Origin: a virus
Taxonomy: Duplodnaviria > Caudoviricetes
Virus record (IMG/VR): IMGVR_UViG_3300028284_000003
Coordinates: 1 to 64,000 of that record
Reading direction: 5' to 3' (one strand)
Length of the DNA: 64,000 bases
A model generated the notes under the pieces. That model had not been told where the DNA came from. It searched no databases and saw nothing but the letters and a program-made list of their open reading frames with translations. The position numbers and the translations under genes are program-made. Positions within the stretch are counted from its first letter, which is position 1, and each line of letters begins with the position of its first letter. Of the stretch, positions 8,950 through 17,874 are shown one piece after another.

Positions 8950-10278
8950 CTATATGTTAGAGTTTTGTTTAATAAATGAGACTGTAATATATCTACGACC
9001 TGAATAAATTGGCCTTGCACCATGTCTATGTGTAATTTGACCAGGATGAATTGTTGCAGTTCCTACTCTCTCTGGATTTGACAATAAACCATATTTAGGA
9101 AAGTAAGTTCCACCTCCATCAAACTCATCATTTAACTTTACAACAAGACTTAAATGACTGTGATCATGGTGTAATGCTAAATGTGACTGTGCATCTGGTA
9201 AATACTTAACTAAAAAGTTTTCGTTATTTAATCTATCCCAACCTTTACCTTCAAGCTTCCAAATATGAATTGACATTGGTCTAATAATTTCATTTAAAAC
9301 CTTATCGTATATTTTATTCATGCCAATGTCTTGTAAAAGAACATCAGTTGTTGGATAGAATTTATGCCTTGCATGTGTCCAGTTGTTTAGTTCTTCTGTC
9401 ATTGCAATAATTTCATCACAGAAGGTTTTAGTAAACAGGGGAAACTCGTATACTTCATCTCCAATGTGATCTACTATCAAATCCCATTCACCTCGTTGAA
9501 TAATAGGATCTAAGTATCTTTGTTTCCATGTATCCCAATTAGAATCATCTAATATTTTATATTTTTTAAAAGGTTTACTATTTTCAGTTTGTGAAGTTTT
9601 TTTGTTTGAAGTTTGTGTAATATGTTCTCGTTTATGTGCATAAAAATTTAAAGTTGGCTTAAACAAGTCTGCTACGTCTTTTCTAAGATGTTTAATATAA
9701 GTTGCTGATAAAAATTCATCAGACGGTATTATATTATTTAAGAAGTCATATTTTAATATTTTTTCTAGGCCGCTTCTTGTTAAACAATATGATTGTGTAT
9801 TATAACTATAACTTGCTTTAAGCCAGTTTTTGCCTACCTCTTCCTCAACTGTATTTGGATTTACCTTATTTCTACCTAAATAAAAGCCATCTACGTTTTC
9901 TGGTAAATCACTTAAATCTAAATTTTCTAATGAATGTATAGGGTTAAAGTCTTCTTCTAAAAACAGGCAAAGATCATGACCTTCTTTATAAGCTTGCTTC
10001 CACATAAGATAATGACTTATTGCACATCCAATCTCTCCTTCTAAAATAGGTCTGTTCCACCAACTATTGGGATGATCCTTTAATTCCCATGATGAAAAAG
10101 GTTTCCACTTAATATCAGTGTTTGTTCCATTTACTCCTACTACAATTTCCCATTTAAACTTGTTTGGAATATTAAGACTGTGTAATTTATTTTTAAGCTT
10201 TTCGTTTTTAGAGTTTAAATTTAAAACAAAGGCCTTGTCAATTTGTTTAATTTTTTTATTTAAATTATAAATAGACAT
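8950..10278 (-). CDS. Fused GT25 (collagen galactosyltransferase-like) plus 2OG-Fe(II) lysyl hydroxylase (PLOD-like)
   Basis: GT25 half: GEIGCAISH..W, FLEEDF, YLGR, YSY..Y, IPSDEFL. PLOD half: FPLF..FCDE, PTTD, NFLVKY.PD.Q..L..HHD, EFDGGG, HPGQITH.H.....GRRYITVSF. Confidence 0.85.
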   Translation of the reverse strand: MSIYNLNKKIKQIDKAFVLNLNSKNEKLKNKLHSLNIPNKFKWEIVVGVNGTNTDIKWKPFSSWELKDHPNSWWNRPILEGEIGCAISHYLMWKQAYKEGHDLCLFLEEDFNPIHSLENLDLSDLPENVDGFYLGRNKVNPNTVEEEVGKNWLKASYSYNTQSYCLTRSGLEKILKYDFLNNIIPSDEFLSATYIKHLRKDVADLFKPTLNFYAHKREHITQTSNKKTSQTENSKPFKKYKILDDSNWDTWKQRYLDPIIQRGEWDLIVDHIGDEVYEFPLFTKTFCDEIIAMTEELNNWTHARHKFYPTTDVLLQDIGMNKIYDKVLNEIIRPMSIHIWKLEGKGWDRLNNENFLVKYLPDAQSHLALHHDHSHLSLVVKLNDEFDGGGTYFPKYGLLSNPERVGTATIHPGQITHRHGARPIYSGRRYITVSFIKQNSNI

Positions 10279-11020
10279 AATTGTTTTCTCCTATATTTGC
10301 AAAAATTCCTAATTCATTAACTTCCTTAACGTTTTTCTTATTTAATTTTTTATATAAACTATGTTCAATATCAATATACCCTATATTATTAAATATTTCT
10401 TTAATCTCTTTTTCTAAATCTATAAACAAATCTTTAGTTTCATTTAATAATTTCTTGCCAACACTCCAACAAAAACAAGGATATACTTTATCTATTTTAA
10501 CTTGAGGTTGATTACTAGTAATACTTTTATAAAAAATCATTTTATTAGTATTATGTTGAGAAATATCAAATGTAGGAGACAGGGAATATCTTCCTGATAA
10601 CTTAAATACTCTATCATATTTACTCAAATCATGATTACTTAAAATTTCTTTAAAAACATAACTTTCTGTTCTATTTTTTAAGAATGTAAGTTTTAAATTA
10701 TCTTTAAATTTTATGTTAACATTATTTTTTTTACAATATTCATATGAATAGTTAACAGACTCTTTTATAAAAATACCAATATTAGTATCTCTTGAAAATG
10801 ATTTTATTTTGACATTTTTAGGTAGAGTATTTATTAAATAGCTACTAATTGATTTATAACTAGACTCTAATAACCATATTTCTGCATTATTGAAATTAGC
10901 ATTAATACTATTAATAGTTCCTATAGTTTCAGTAAATCTAGCTATTTCATTATTTCCAAATAATGTGTTTACAGCAGAAGTAACTAAAAATAAAACTTTA
11001 CTATTTTTATCTAGAGACAT
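10265..11020 (-). CDS. Glycosyltransferase-like protein (KLSGRY family)
   Basis: FLVTSAVN..RF.ET..TINSI, FKLSGRY and DIEH motifs; very AT-rich. Confidence 0.5.
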   Translation of the reverse strand: MSLDKNSKVLFLVTSAVNTLFGNNEIARFTETIGTINSINANFNNAEIWLLESSYKSISSYLINTLPKNVKIKSFSRDTNIGIFIKESVNYSYEYCKKNNVNIKFKDNLKLTFLKNRTESYVFKEILSNHDLSKYDRVFKLSGRYSLSPTFDISQHNTNKMIFYKSITSNQPQVKIDKVYPCFCWSVGKKLLNETKDLFIDLEKEIKEIFNNIGYIDIEHSLYKKLNKKNVKEVNELGIFANIGENNYVYL

Positions 11021-11167
11021 TCTTTACTAGTAAAATTTTCTAATTCTAATTGCTTCTTAGAATATAAATTATTTTGAAGAGTGCAGCTTTTTAAAATAGA
11101 AGAAGTTAGCATTATTGAAAATAAAACTAAAACCATCGTTGCTAATTTTTTCATAAGTTTTTAAATA

Positions 11168-11193
11168 TTATATAAAAAAATAAAAAAATGTTT
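11168..11193 (-). promoter_or_regulatory. AAAC-N16-ATATAA promoter
   Basis: Exact TTATAT-N16-GTTT. Confidence 0.65.
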
Positions 11194-11194
11194 A

Positions 11195-11647
11195 TTAACT
11201 TAAATATTTTTCAATATCACTATGTAAAGATTCATCTACCATAGATTTCCAATCTTCATTTCCTTCTTGAATAGATGCTCTAATCTTAGTAGCAGAAATA
11301 AACATTGCTCCAGAATCTTTAGGTGGCATATATTCATTAATCTCATATCCTACTCCTCTTCCATAATTTACAGACTCTATATCTGGTATAATCATTACCT
11401 CAACATCATCTCCCTTTGCTGCATGGTATTTCTTAATCATATCTACCGTTTGTTCAGTTGTAAATGGATTTTTTTCATCAGGTTCTATGTCTCTAACCAT
11501 AATTAAAGCTGGAACCCCTTCATTTAGTTTTTGATTAATTAATTCAATATGTCCAAAATGGTAAGGTTGGTATCTTCCAACAAATATTGCATATTTTTTA
11601 TCTACGTTCTTAGTTGGCTCTCCGCCGTGATTATTTTTATCCCACAT
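11195..11647 (-). CDS. HxGH nucleotidyltransferase (cytidylyltransferase/NMNAT-like), candidate minimal ATP sulfurylase
   Basis: FVGRYQPYHFGH, NPF, YGRGVGY and ISATKIR motifs; sits in a sulfation operon. Confidence 0.7.
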   Translation of the reverse strand: MWDKNNHGGEPTKNVDKKYAIFVGRYQPYHFGHIELINQKLNEGVPALIMVRDIEPDEKNPFTTEQTVDMIKKYHAAKGDDVEVMIIPDIESVNYGRGVGYEINEYMPPKDSGAMFISATKIRASIQEGNEDWKSMVDESLHSDIEKYLS

Positions 11648-11663
11648 TTTATTTAGTTTATTT

Positions 11664-12428
11664 TTAATATTTATAGTTAAATTTTTCTATTTCTTCTTTA
11701 TATAACTCTGTAATTGCGTCTATACAAAACTGTTTATCATCTTCTTGTTCTTCATAGAATTTTCTATATGTTTCATCATTTTCTTTAGTAGAATTATAAT
11801 TACCTAGAGATTTATGTTCTATGCCTATTTTTTCACAAACATATTTCCAATCTTTATCTAATGTTTCAAGTTTGCCTACAAAATCTAATTGATCCATATT
11901 AATTAACGCAGTCTGAGGAGCCCAGTGTTCGTTCCAATACTTAGTTTCATCATCTCTTAATAATAATTCTAAAAACTCTCTAAAACTAATCCAAGGAGCC
12001 CTTTCGTGGTGAAAATCTAATCCTCTTTCCAGCATAAATTTAGGAGTTTTATAATCTCTATAGTATCCATCAACTTTATTTCTATAGCAACTTGATATTC
12101 TATCCCATGGATTTCTTACAAATGCAAAGACAAAATAATCAGCAGGATAACTTTTTCTATTACCACGTCTTATACCAAGAGGTGCTATAAGCTCAGGATC
12201 ATTATCAAATTCTCCAGGAAATTCTTTTATCCCAGTCCATTCTTTAAATTCTTTTTCATCGAATGCCTCAGGATCTTGTTCCTGTAATTCATGTAACATA
12301 TGTATTAAAATACTTCTACTTGCGACTTTAGGAGTTCTAAACCATGCAAATTTATATTTATGTGAGGTTGTAAATGGTAAAGTTAAATACTTCTTTGCGG
12401 GTTTAAATATTTTTCTTTTTTCTAACAT
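11664..12428 (-). CDS. Carbohydrate sulfotransferase (Sulfotransfer_2, CHST/HNK-1ST-like)
   Basis: PKVAS, FVRNPWDRISSCY, HWAPQ and DFVGKLETL..D motifs. Confidence 0.88.
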   Translation of the reverse strand: MLEKRKIFKPAKKYLTLPFTTSHKYKFAWFRTPKVASRSILIHMLHELQEQDPEAFDEKEFKEWTGIKEFPGEFDNDPELIAPLGIRRGNRKSYPADYFVFAFVRNPWDRISSCYRNKVDGYYRDYKTPKFMLERGLDFHHERAPWISFREFLELLLRDDETKYWNEHWAPQTALINMDQLDFVGKLETLDKDWKYVCEKIGIEHKSLGNYNSTKENDETYRKFYEEQEDDKQFCIDAITELYKEEIEKFNYKY

Positions 12429-12440
12429 TTTATTCTAAGT

Positions 12441-13613
12441 TTATTTTTTTATCTTTGGATGATTTTTAATTTCTTCTAAACATTGTTCCCAATTTCTAAA
12501 TAAGAATCCTCTATCATCTATATAAACAGTTGCTGGAAATTTATGATTACTTATCTCATCAATGAGGTGATCCATTTTATATTTTTCTAACCATTTTTTA
12601 ATAACATGTGCAGGTCTTGAAGATAATATTTTTAATACGAATCCTTCTTTAATAAATCCTTCTAGGGCTTCTTTAGTTCCTTCTTTTGGTGGATCGTATG
12701 CATTTTCAAGTCCTTGAAAACCTTTAGAGTAGTCATGAATAACTCCATCAAAGTCAATTGATAACGTTTTTTTCTTATCAAGGTTATTAACTTCTTTAAT
12801 TGTAGATAGCATTTGATTTTTATCTAAATAATCTATTAAATAATCAACTGAATCTTCTATATTTAAATTATCTAATCTTAACTCTGCGTTTAATGGCTCT
12901 TCATAAGGAGCATCAATACCTGTAAATCCTTTAATTTCACCAGCTCTTGCTTTTTTATAAAGTCCTTTAGGATCTCTACTTTCACAAACGTCAAGTGGAG
13001 TGTCTATAAATACTTCAACAAAATCTTCACCTATTATTTCTCTAGCAAAATCTCTATCTTCTCTATAAGGTGAAATAAATGCAGTTAATACAATTGTTCC
13101 TGAATCTGCAAAAAGTTTTGCAACCTCACTTATTCTTCTAATATTTTCTTTTCTATCTTCAGGTGAAAAACTAAGATCTCCATTTAGACCCATTCTAATG
13201 TTATCACCATCTAAGATATATGTTTTTAAGTTTCTTCCATTTAATACCTCATCAAGTGCATTTGCAATTGTTGATTTACCACTACCTGAAAGTCCAGTAA
13301 ACCAAAGCACTCTACCTGGATGCCCTGTTACCTTTTGTCTTTGTTCTTTACTTACTGTAAAGTTATGTTTAGTTAAGTTAGTTGCCATTCTTTTTTTTCT
13401 TTTTATTCCTATATTGCTGAATTTATACCAAAGCCTTTCATGGGCATAATACAAAAACATTTTAGTAAATAATTCAGCTCCTCCAATTGATAGTCCAATT
13501 AAAGGATTGCCACTGATTATCCAACTTAAAATTATAGTATCTATTGTTCCTAAAACTCTCCAAGTAAACGTCTTTAAAAGATGTCTTTTTATAGATATTT
13601 TTTCGGAGCTCAT
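12441..13613 (-). CDS. cysC: DUF2061 - adenylyl-sulfate kinase - HAD phosphatase fusion
   Basis: N-terminal [15 protein letters not shown]. Kinase [36 protein letters not shown]-terminal IDFDGV..SSR..YIDDR. Confidence 0.9.
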   Translation of the reverse strand: MSSEKISIKRHLLKTFTWRVLGTIDTIILSWIISGNPLIGLSIGGAELFTKMFLYYAHERLWYKFSNIGIKRKKRMATNLTKHNFTVSKEQRQKVTGHPGRVLWFTGLSGSGKSTIANALDEVLNGRNLKTYILDGDNIRMGLNGDLSFSPEDRKENIRRISEVAKLFADSGTIVLTAFISPYREDRDFAREIIGEDFVEVFIDTPLDVCESRDPKGLYKKARAGEIKGFTGIDAPYEEPLNAELRLDNLNIEDSVDYLIDYLDKNQMLSTIKEVNNLDKKKTLSIDFDGVIHDYSKGFQGLENAYDPPKEGTKEALEGFIKEGFVLKILSSRPAHVIKKWLEKYKMDHLIDEISNHKFPATVYIDDRGFLFRNWEQCLEEIKNHPKIKK

Positions 13614-13632
13614 TAAGTATAGATTTTTTTCT

Positions 13633-13641
13633 TTATATATC
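13633..13641 (-). promoter_or_regulatory. GATATATAA late-type promoter motif
   Basis: About 20 nt upstream of cysC; a variant AAAC-N16-ATATTA lies at 13655-13680. Confidence 0.55.
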
Positions 13642-13695
13642 AGAATTTAATACTTAATATAGCGATATGATGTGTTGTTTGATAATTTATTTAAA

Positions 13696-14049
13696 CTATC
13701 TGTTAAATAAATTATCTAATATTTTTAATTTTAATTTATCAATTATTGTGAATGTTTTTGGATTCCATAATTCTCTATCATTTAACCTATCATATATTTT
13801 ATATAGAGGTCGATATAAATATAAAAAATCCCAATGGTCTATATGAAAGTGCTTAACCGTTGTTTTATTAGGCAACCTAAAGTAAAAGGCTAAAAGAGAA
13901 TGATCATAGAAATTAGCATTAAAATTTAAAACTCTAAAACCCCAAGACTCATGGTTATTATGTAGGTCTATCTGGAGTAAATCAAAACTATAATTCCATT
14001 TACGAGTTTTCCAACTTATTTTTTCTAAAATACTATTTACTATACCCAT
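13696..14049 (-). CDS. Hypothetical protein
   Basis: 117 aa ORF in operon. Confidence 0.6.
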   Translation of the reverse strand: MGIVNSILEKISWKTRKWNYSFDLLQIDLHNNHESWGFRVLNFNANFYDHSLLAFYFRLPNKTTVKHFHIDHWDFLYLYRPLYKIYDRLNDRELWNPKTFTIIDKLKLKILDNLFNR

Positions 14050-14362
14050 CTATTATTTTTTTAATTTTAGCACATTTCTCATATTCTTCTTGTTCTTCAA
14101 AATGTTCTAATAGCTCTTCTAAGTTTTCTTTTTGAATATCTGTTGGATCAAATGGATAAACTATAAAATCTTGATTTTCACTAGCATAATTTACCTCAAT
14201 ATTTTCTGTATTATTAGAAGTATAGATTGCAGTATGTTCTAACAAGTATTCTTCAAATGTTTTACCACTGGTAACTATATTATACATGACATCCATTGAT
14301 GCGCACCAATCATAGATAAAATCTTCATCTTTAAAATCAGGATAATCGTCAAATATGTCCAT
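14033..14362 (-). CDS. Protein with C-terminal UVR (UvrB/C)-like motif, paralogue 1
   Basis: YPFDP..LLEHFEEQEEYEKCAKI. Confidence 0.6.
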   Translation of the reverse strand: MDIFDDYPDFKDEDFIYDWCASMDVMYNIVTSGKTFEEYLLEHTAIYTSNNTENIEVNYASENQDFIVYPFDPTDIQKENLEELLEHFEEQEEYEKCAKIKKIIDGYSK

Positions 14363-14571
14363 TATATAATTGAATTAACAAACTGTTCAACTGTTTCATT
14401 ACTTGAATTAAAATCTTCTAAAAGTCTTTTTAAACCCTTTCTAGAAAAGGTAAATAGGGTTTCATCGGTTACTTTATGATCATAAGGAGCTTTATATGTA
14501 GTATCCTTAGTTTGCCTTAATTCATCTAAAGTTCTTTTCTTTAATGATAATGCTATTTTATCTTGTTTCAT
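14362..14571 (-). CDS. Hypothetical protein
   Basis: 69 aa ORF. Confidence 0.55.
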   Translation of the reverse strand: MKQDKIALSLKKRTLDELRQTKDTTYKAPYDHKVTDETLFTFSRKGLKRLLEDFNSSNETVEQFVNSII

Positions 14572-14613
14572 ATTAGTTATATTAAAAATTATTTTTTTTT
14601 GTTTCTTCTTTAA

Positions 14614-14790
14614 TTATGCGTTTAATGTTGCCTGGATTTCATCTAAGAATATTTTGTCAGTCCACTCATGGCCACCTGCCAATTTTGCCGTACATCTCCA
14701 ACATGTTACCGCAACTGTATCTTTTCCTACATCTACTGAAGTGTTGCAATGTTTACAATTTAATTTTTTTGATGCGTTGTTACTTGCCAT
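14614..14790 (-). CDS. Small Zn-ribbon protein
   Basis: Manual translation, 58 aa: ..CKHC..AVTCWRC.. Confidence 0.6.
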   Translation of the reverse strand: MASNNASKKLNCKHCNTSVDVGKDTVAVTCWRCTAKLAGGHEWTDKIFLDEIQATLNA

Positions 14791-14897
14791 TCTTTGTTCT
14801 TTTTGAATTAATAATTGATTTATAAACCACTATTGGAAATGCTATTGGAAACATTATAATTGCAATTAAAACACCTAATATTCCTATAAAAAAATTC

Positions 14898-15032
14898 TTA
14901 ATCTTTTTCATTTCCTTTATGTTTAGTTTTTCTAGTATATTTTTTTTTATTTTTATAGACGTTAGGCCTCATTGCATCGTAAATTTCCTTTATGGTAACG
15001 CTAATGTGTTGTAAGCCTTTTCTATCTTTCAT
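14898..15032 (-). CDS. Small basic ArfA-like protein
   Basis: Manual translation MKDRKGLQHISVTIKEIYDAMRPNVYKNKKKYTRKTKHKGNEKD; directly after promoter 15038. Confidence 0.5.
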   Translation of the reverse strand: MKDRKGLQHISVTIKEIYDAMRPNVYKNKKKYTRKTKHKGNEKD

Positions 15033-15037
15033 ACATA

Positions 15038-15063
15038 TTATATAAAGAAAATAGAATTTGTTT
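15038..15063 (-). promoter_or_regulatory. AAAC-N16-ATATAA promoter
   Basis: Exact TTATAT-N16-GTTT. Confidence 0.65.
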
Positions 15064-15268
15064 AATAAGAGATATGAAAGCCATTGCCCTTTACTAAATA
15101 CGCTCTTCTTCTTGTAGGTTTATCACTATAGCTTTTATGCGGCTGAGTGTAATTAAATCTTTTAGTAATTCTATTAGCCTTTGGGTTTTTCATATTAAGA
15201 GTCTTGACTCTTTTATAAGACGTACATGATGATAAGATAATAAAAAATAAAGTAATTAATAATCTCAT
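15062..15268 (-). CDS. Small basic lipoprotein
   Basis: Hydrophobic N-terminus plus LSSC lipobox. Confidence 0.5.
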   Translation of the reverse strand: MRLLITLFFIILSSCTSYKRVKTLNMKNPKANRITKRFNYTQPHKSYSDKPTRRRAYLVKGNGFHISY

Positions 15269-15285
15269 TTTATTTTAAATATTAA

Positions 15286-15371
<86 letters not shown>

Positions 15372-15381
15372 GTTTTTTTTG

Positions 15382-15455
15382 CGGTCTGGACGAGACTCGA
15401 ACTCGCGACCCCTGCAGTGACAGTGCAGTATTCTAACCAACTGAACTACCAGACC
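15382..15455 (-). tRNA. tRNA-Asp(GUC)
   Basis: CTGCA-CTGTCAC-TGCAG anticodon arm, GTTCGAGTC; no CCA. Confidence 0.95.
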
Positions 15456-15474
15456 GTTAAACTATATATCAGTG

Positions 15475-15548
15475 TAGGCGGTGCTGGATTTGAACCAGCG
15501 ACCTCTACATTATCAGTGTAGCGCTCTAACCAACTGAGCTAAACGCCT
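15475..15548 (-). tRNA. tRNA-Ile(GAU)
   Basis: CTACA-CTGATAA-TGTAG anticodon arm; one acceptor-stem mismatch; no CCA. Confidence 0.92.
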
Positions 15549-15557
15549 GTAATAAAA

Positions 15558-15628
15558 TTACCGGGGAAGGATTCGAACCTCCGTTACCTGGACCAAAACC
15601 AGGAGTCCTGCCGCTAGACGACCCGGTA
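15558..15628 (-). tRNA. tRNA-Gln(UUG)
   Basis: CCTGG-TTTTGGT-CCAGG anticodon arm; no CCA. Confidence 0.93.
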
Positions 15629-15637
15629 TTAAAGAAA

Positions 15638-15709
15638 TACTCCGTAGGGGAATCGAACCCCTGTTTTATGGATGAAAACCATATGTCCTAACCCCTAGAC
15701 GAACGGAGC
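15638..15709 (-). tRNA. tRNA-Glu(UUC)
   Basis: TATGG-TTTTCAT-CCATA anticodon arm; no CCA. Confidence 0.93.
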
Positions 15710-15723
15710 AAATTTATTGATTA

Positions 15724-15749
15724 TTATATAACTCTAATAATTATTGTTT
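15724..15749 (-). promoter_or_regulatory. AAAC-N16-ATATAA promoter driving the tRNA cluster
   Basis: Exact TTATAT-N16-GTTT, 15 nt upstream of tRNA-Glu. Confidence 0.7.
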
Positions 15750-16139
15750 ATTTTCTTTTAAATATCTTTTTGTATATTTTTTAGCCAGCTCTACTGCCTC
15801 TAATTCAATTGGATTAGCTGACTTATAAAACTTATATGTTTTTTCTTTTTCTATAATTTCTTCAGTGTCTTGTAAAAAATGAATCCATTCATGAATAGTT
15901 GTATCAATAATATCTTCTACCTTTTCATGGATTAATGGATAGACTGTAATTTCATTATCAGTATAATCATATTCTCCATAGCACCTATTTTGTCTTTTCC
16001 AATCTGTCCAAACTTTTGGTAATTTTTCATTAGACGATAAATTCTTCATGCACCAATTGGCGACATCAAAAACTAAACTCTCAATGTCTTTTCTTCTTTT
16101 CCACCTTAATGAAGTATCTCTATGCCACTCTTTCTGCAT
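15741..16139 (-). CDS. HEXXH zincin-like protein
   Basis: YGEY..TTIHEWIHFLQ..NPIELEA. Confidence 0.7.
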   Translation of the reverse strand: MQKEWHRDTSLRWKRRKDIESLVFDVANWCMKNLSSNEKLPKVWTDWKRQNRCYGEYDYTDNEITVYPLIHEKVEDIIDTTIHEWIHFLQDTEEIIEKEKTYKFYKSANPIELEAVELAKKYTKRYLKENKQ

Positions 16140-16905
16140 CTAACTTAAATTTAGGATGGTACCATATCATTCTACCATTTTTATCTTTTTCTTTAGCCAT
16201 TTCAGGATTGCCATAACATTTCATAAATTTATCAGTACTTGCTTTAACTCCAAATGGATTATCCCAATCCTTAATACTTCCTCCTCCATTTAAGTATGCT
16301 TCTAGTGGTATTGTATAGCAAAGTTCTGTTATTTCATTAAAATATAGTGATAGTGCTTGTCTTGCTATTAAGAATGGATTTAAATTTGGAATTCTATAAA
16401 TAATTTCAGCTCTTAAATAGTTACCAATACCATTAAAATATTTTTGATTCATTAAAACTTCACAAATTGGCTTGTTAAATGCAGGTTTACCTAAATTATC
16501 TCTGAGATTATCACAAAATTGACCAAACTCAGTAGTTGGATCTGGCCCTCTATCTTCTGACCAATATCTATTTGGCCACCATTTACCAAATCTCCTTACA
16601 TCTACGAATGACAGAGACGTGCCATCATTTGCCTCAAATATTAAATGACTGTGTTTATGTTCTTTCCCTGTTTCAGTTAACCTGAAGTGACCAGACATGC
16701 CCATAGACATTCTGATAGGGTACTGATCCATATATAAAATTAGTTCTTTACCTCTACTCTGTGCAGTTATGCCATAACCGTCTCTTGGCATTATAAGTTT
16801 GTCCCATTTATGAACTAGATTCTTTTTAGGACTTTTAAATGATTTTCCTTTTGCTGATTCGTTAATATAATCTGCAGTAAGTCTAAGTTCGGCTAATTCT
16901 GGCAT
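16120..16905 (-). CDS. Fpg/Nei DNA glycosylase, NEIL1-like (zincless finger)
   Basis: MPELAE, GMSG, FVDVRRFG.W, RGPDP, ICEVLMNQKYFNGIGNYLRAEI and DKNGRMIWY; no C4 zinc finger. Confidence 0.9.
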   Translation of the reverse strand: MPELAELRLTADYINESAKGKSFKSPKKNLVHKWDKLIMPRDGYGITAQSRGKELILYMDQYPIRMSMGMSGHFRLTETGKEHKHSHLIFEANDGTSLSFVDVRRFGKWWPNRYWSEDRGPDPTTEFGQFCDNLRDNLGKPAFNKPICEVLMNQKYFNGIGNYLRAEIIYRIPNLNPFLIARQALSLYFNEITELCYTIPLEAYLNGGGSIKDWDNPFGVKASTDKFMKCYGNPEMAKEKDKNGRMIWYHPKFKLDAERVA

Positions 16906-16920
16906 GTGTTTGTTTTAAAC

Positions 16921-16946
16921 TTATATCACCAGGTAAAGAAATGTTT
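16921..16946 (-). promoter_or_regulatory. AAAC-N16-ATATAA promoter
   Basis: Exact TTATAT-N16-GTTT upstream of the glycosylase. Confidence 0.65.
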
Positions 16947-17174
16947 CAACCATGCGAAGAGTCCATTAAGCTGTAAAACTGCAAGATTCCATTGCTTCTT
17001 CTGTGCAGTTTGAACTAATACACATGCAAATCCTAAGATGTATAATGTAGGTTCAACGGTCCACTGTGCTGCAATTAAAAAGCCAGCCCCCATATAACCT
17101 ATTCGAGTTGCAAGCCTTTCTGCAGGTGAAAGGTGTCTATTTGCAACCATTATTTTTAATAGTCTTCTTTTCAT
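16926..17174 (-). CDS. Small membrane protein
   Basis: Three short hydrophobic helices; KQWNL motif. Confidence 0.6.
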   Translation of the reverse strand: MKRRLLKIMVANRHLSPAERLATRIGYMGAGFLIAAQWTVEPTLYILGFACVLVQTAQKKQWNLAVLQLNGLFAWLKHFFTW

Positions 17175-17230
17175 TCTTTTCAGATTTGAATGCGTATTTA
17201 TATAGATGCTCTTCTTCTATTGAAATATCT

Positions 17231-17446
17231 CTAATAAACTTTATCCCTTTTATTTTTATTTTTCTTTTCTTCATAAGCTGGGAACCTGCCCCAATTACCA
17301 TGGCCATCATAATCAATGTTGTCATTAATTTCATTAGCGCCATTTTCTCTTTCTTGTATCTTGTGTTGAGTGTTTATCATCCTTACTAGGAAAAACATAT
17401 ATGTTCCAAAAATAATAAACCCTACTGTAAATATTACTATCTCCAT
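17231..17446 (-). CDS. Small membrane-anchored protein
   Basis: N-terminal TM helix, DYDGHGNWGRF tail. Confidence 0.55.
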   Translation of the reverse strand: MEIVIFTVGFIIFGTYMFFLVRMINTQHKIQERENGANEINDNIDYDGHGNWGRFPAYEEKKNKNKRDKVY

Positions 17447-17874
17447 AATTTATTTCTTAGTGTTAAAAAAATTAGCTAATCCTAATATTGAAGGTACCCA
17501 AATACCAACAAACATACCTTCATCTTTTAAGCCACTAAACCATAATGATACTGAAAACAAAAAGCTTAAAAAAGCTAAGATGATTGGGTAATAAGTTTCT
17601 AAAAATTTCATAATTTTAAATTTAGTTGTTTAATATTTATACTCGATAATATTGGAATGTTTAAACTTTAGAGACTTTGTTTAAACATTTTTTAACTTGT
17701 GATACCTTTGCCTAAAACAAGAGGAGCATCTTCTCTATTAATATTAATCTTAAAGTGACTATCGAATTCTCTAATAATTAATTTTTTATTCGTGTAGTTT
17801 CTGTATTTTTTCCAAACATAAGCTTGCACCTTGTCATAAAGTTCTGGGTTTTCTTTTTGTATGTCCATTTCTAT

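Noticed and set aside
4637-13613. Host chromosomal (bacterial) origin of the metabolic and sulfation genes
   Set aside because: Interleaved with phage-type fibre genes and the same phage promoter motifs, on the same strand
14577-14604. Additional AAAC/ATATAA promoter
   Set aside because: Spacer is 18 nt rather than 16 (poly-T tract), so it was not counted among the exact sites
17137-17343. 68 aa minus-strand ORF
   Set aside because: Overlaps the more plausible 17231..17446 in another frame
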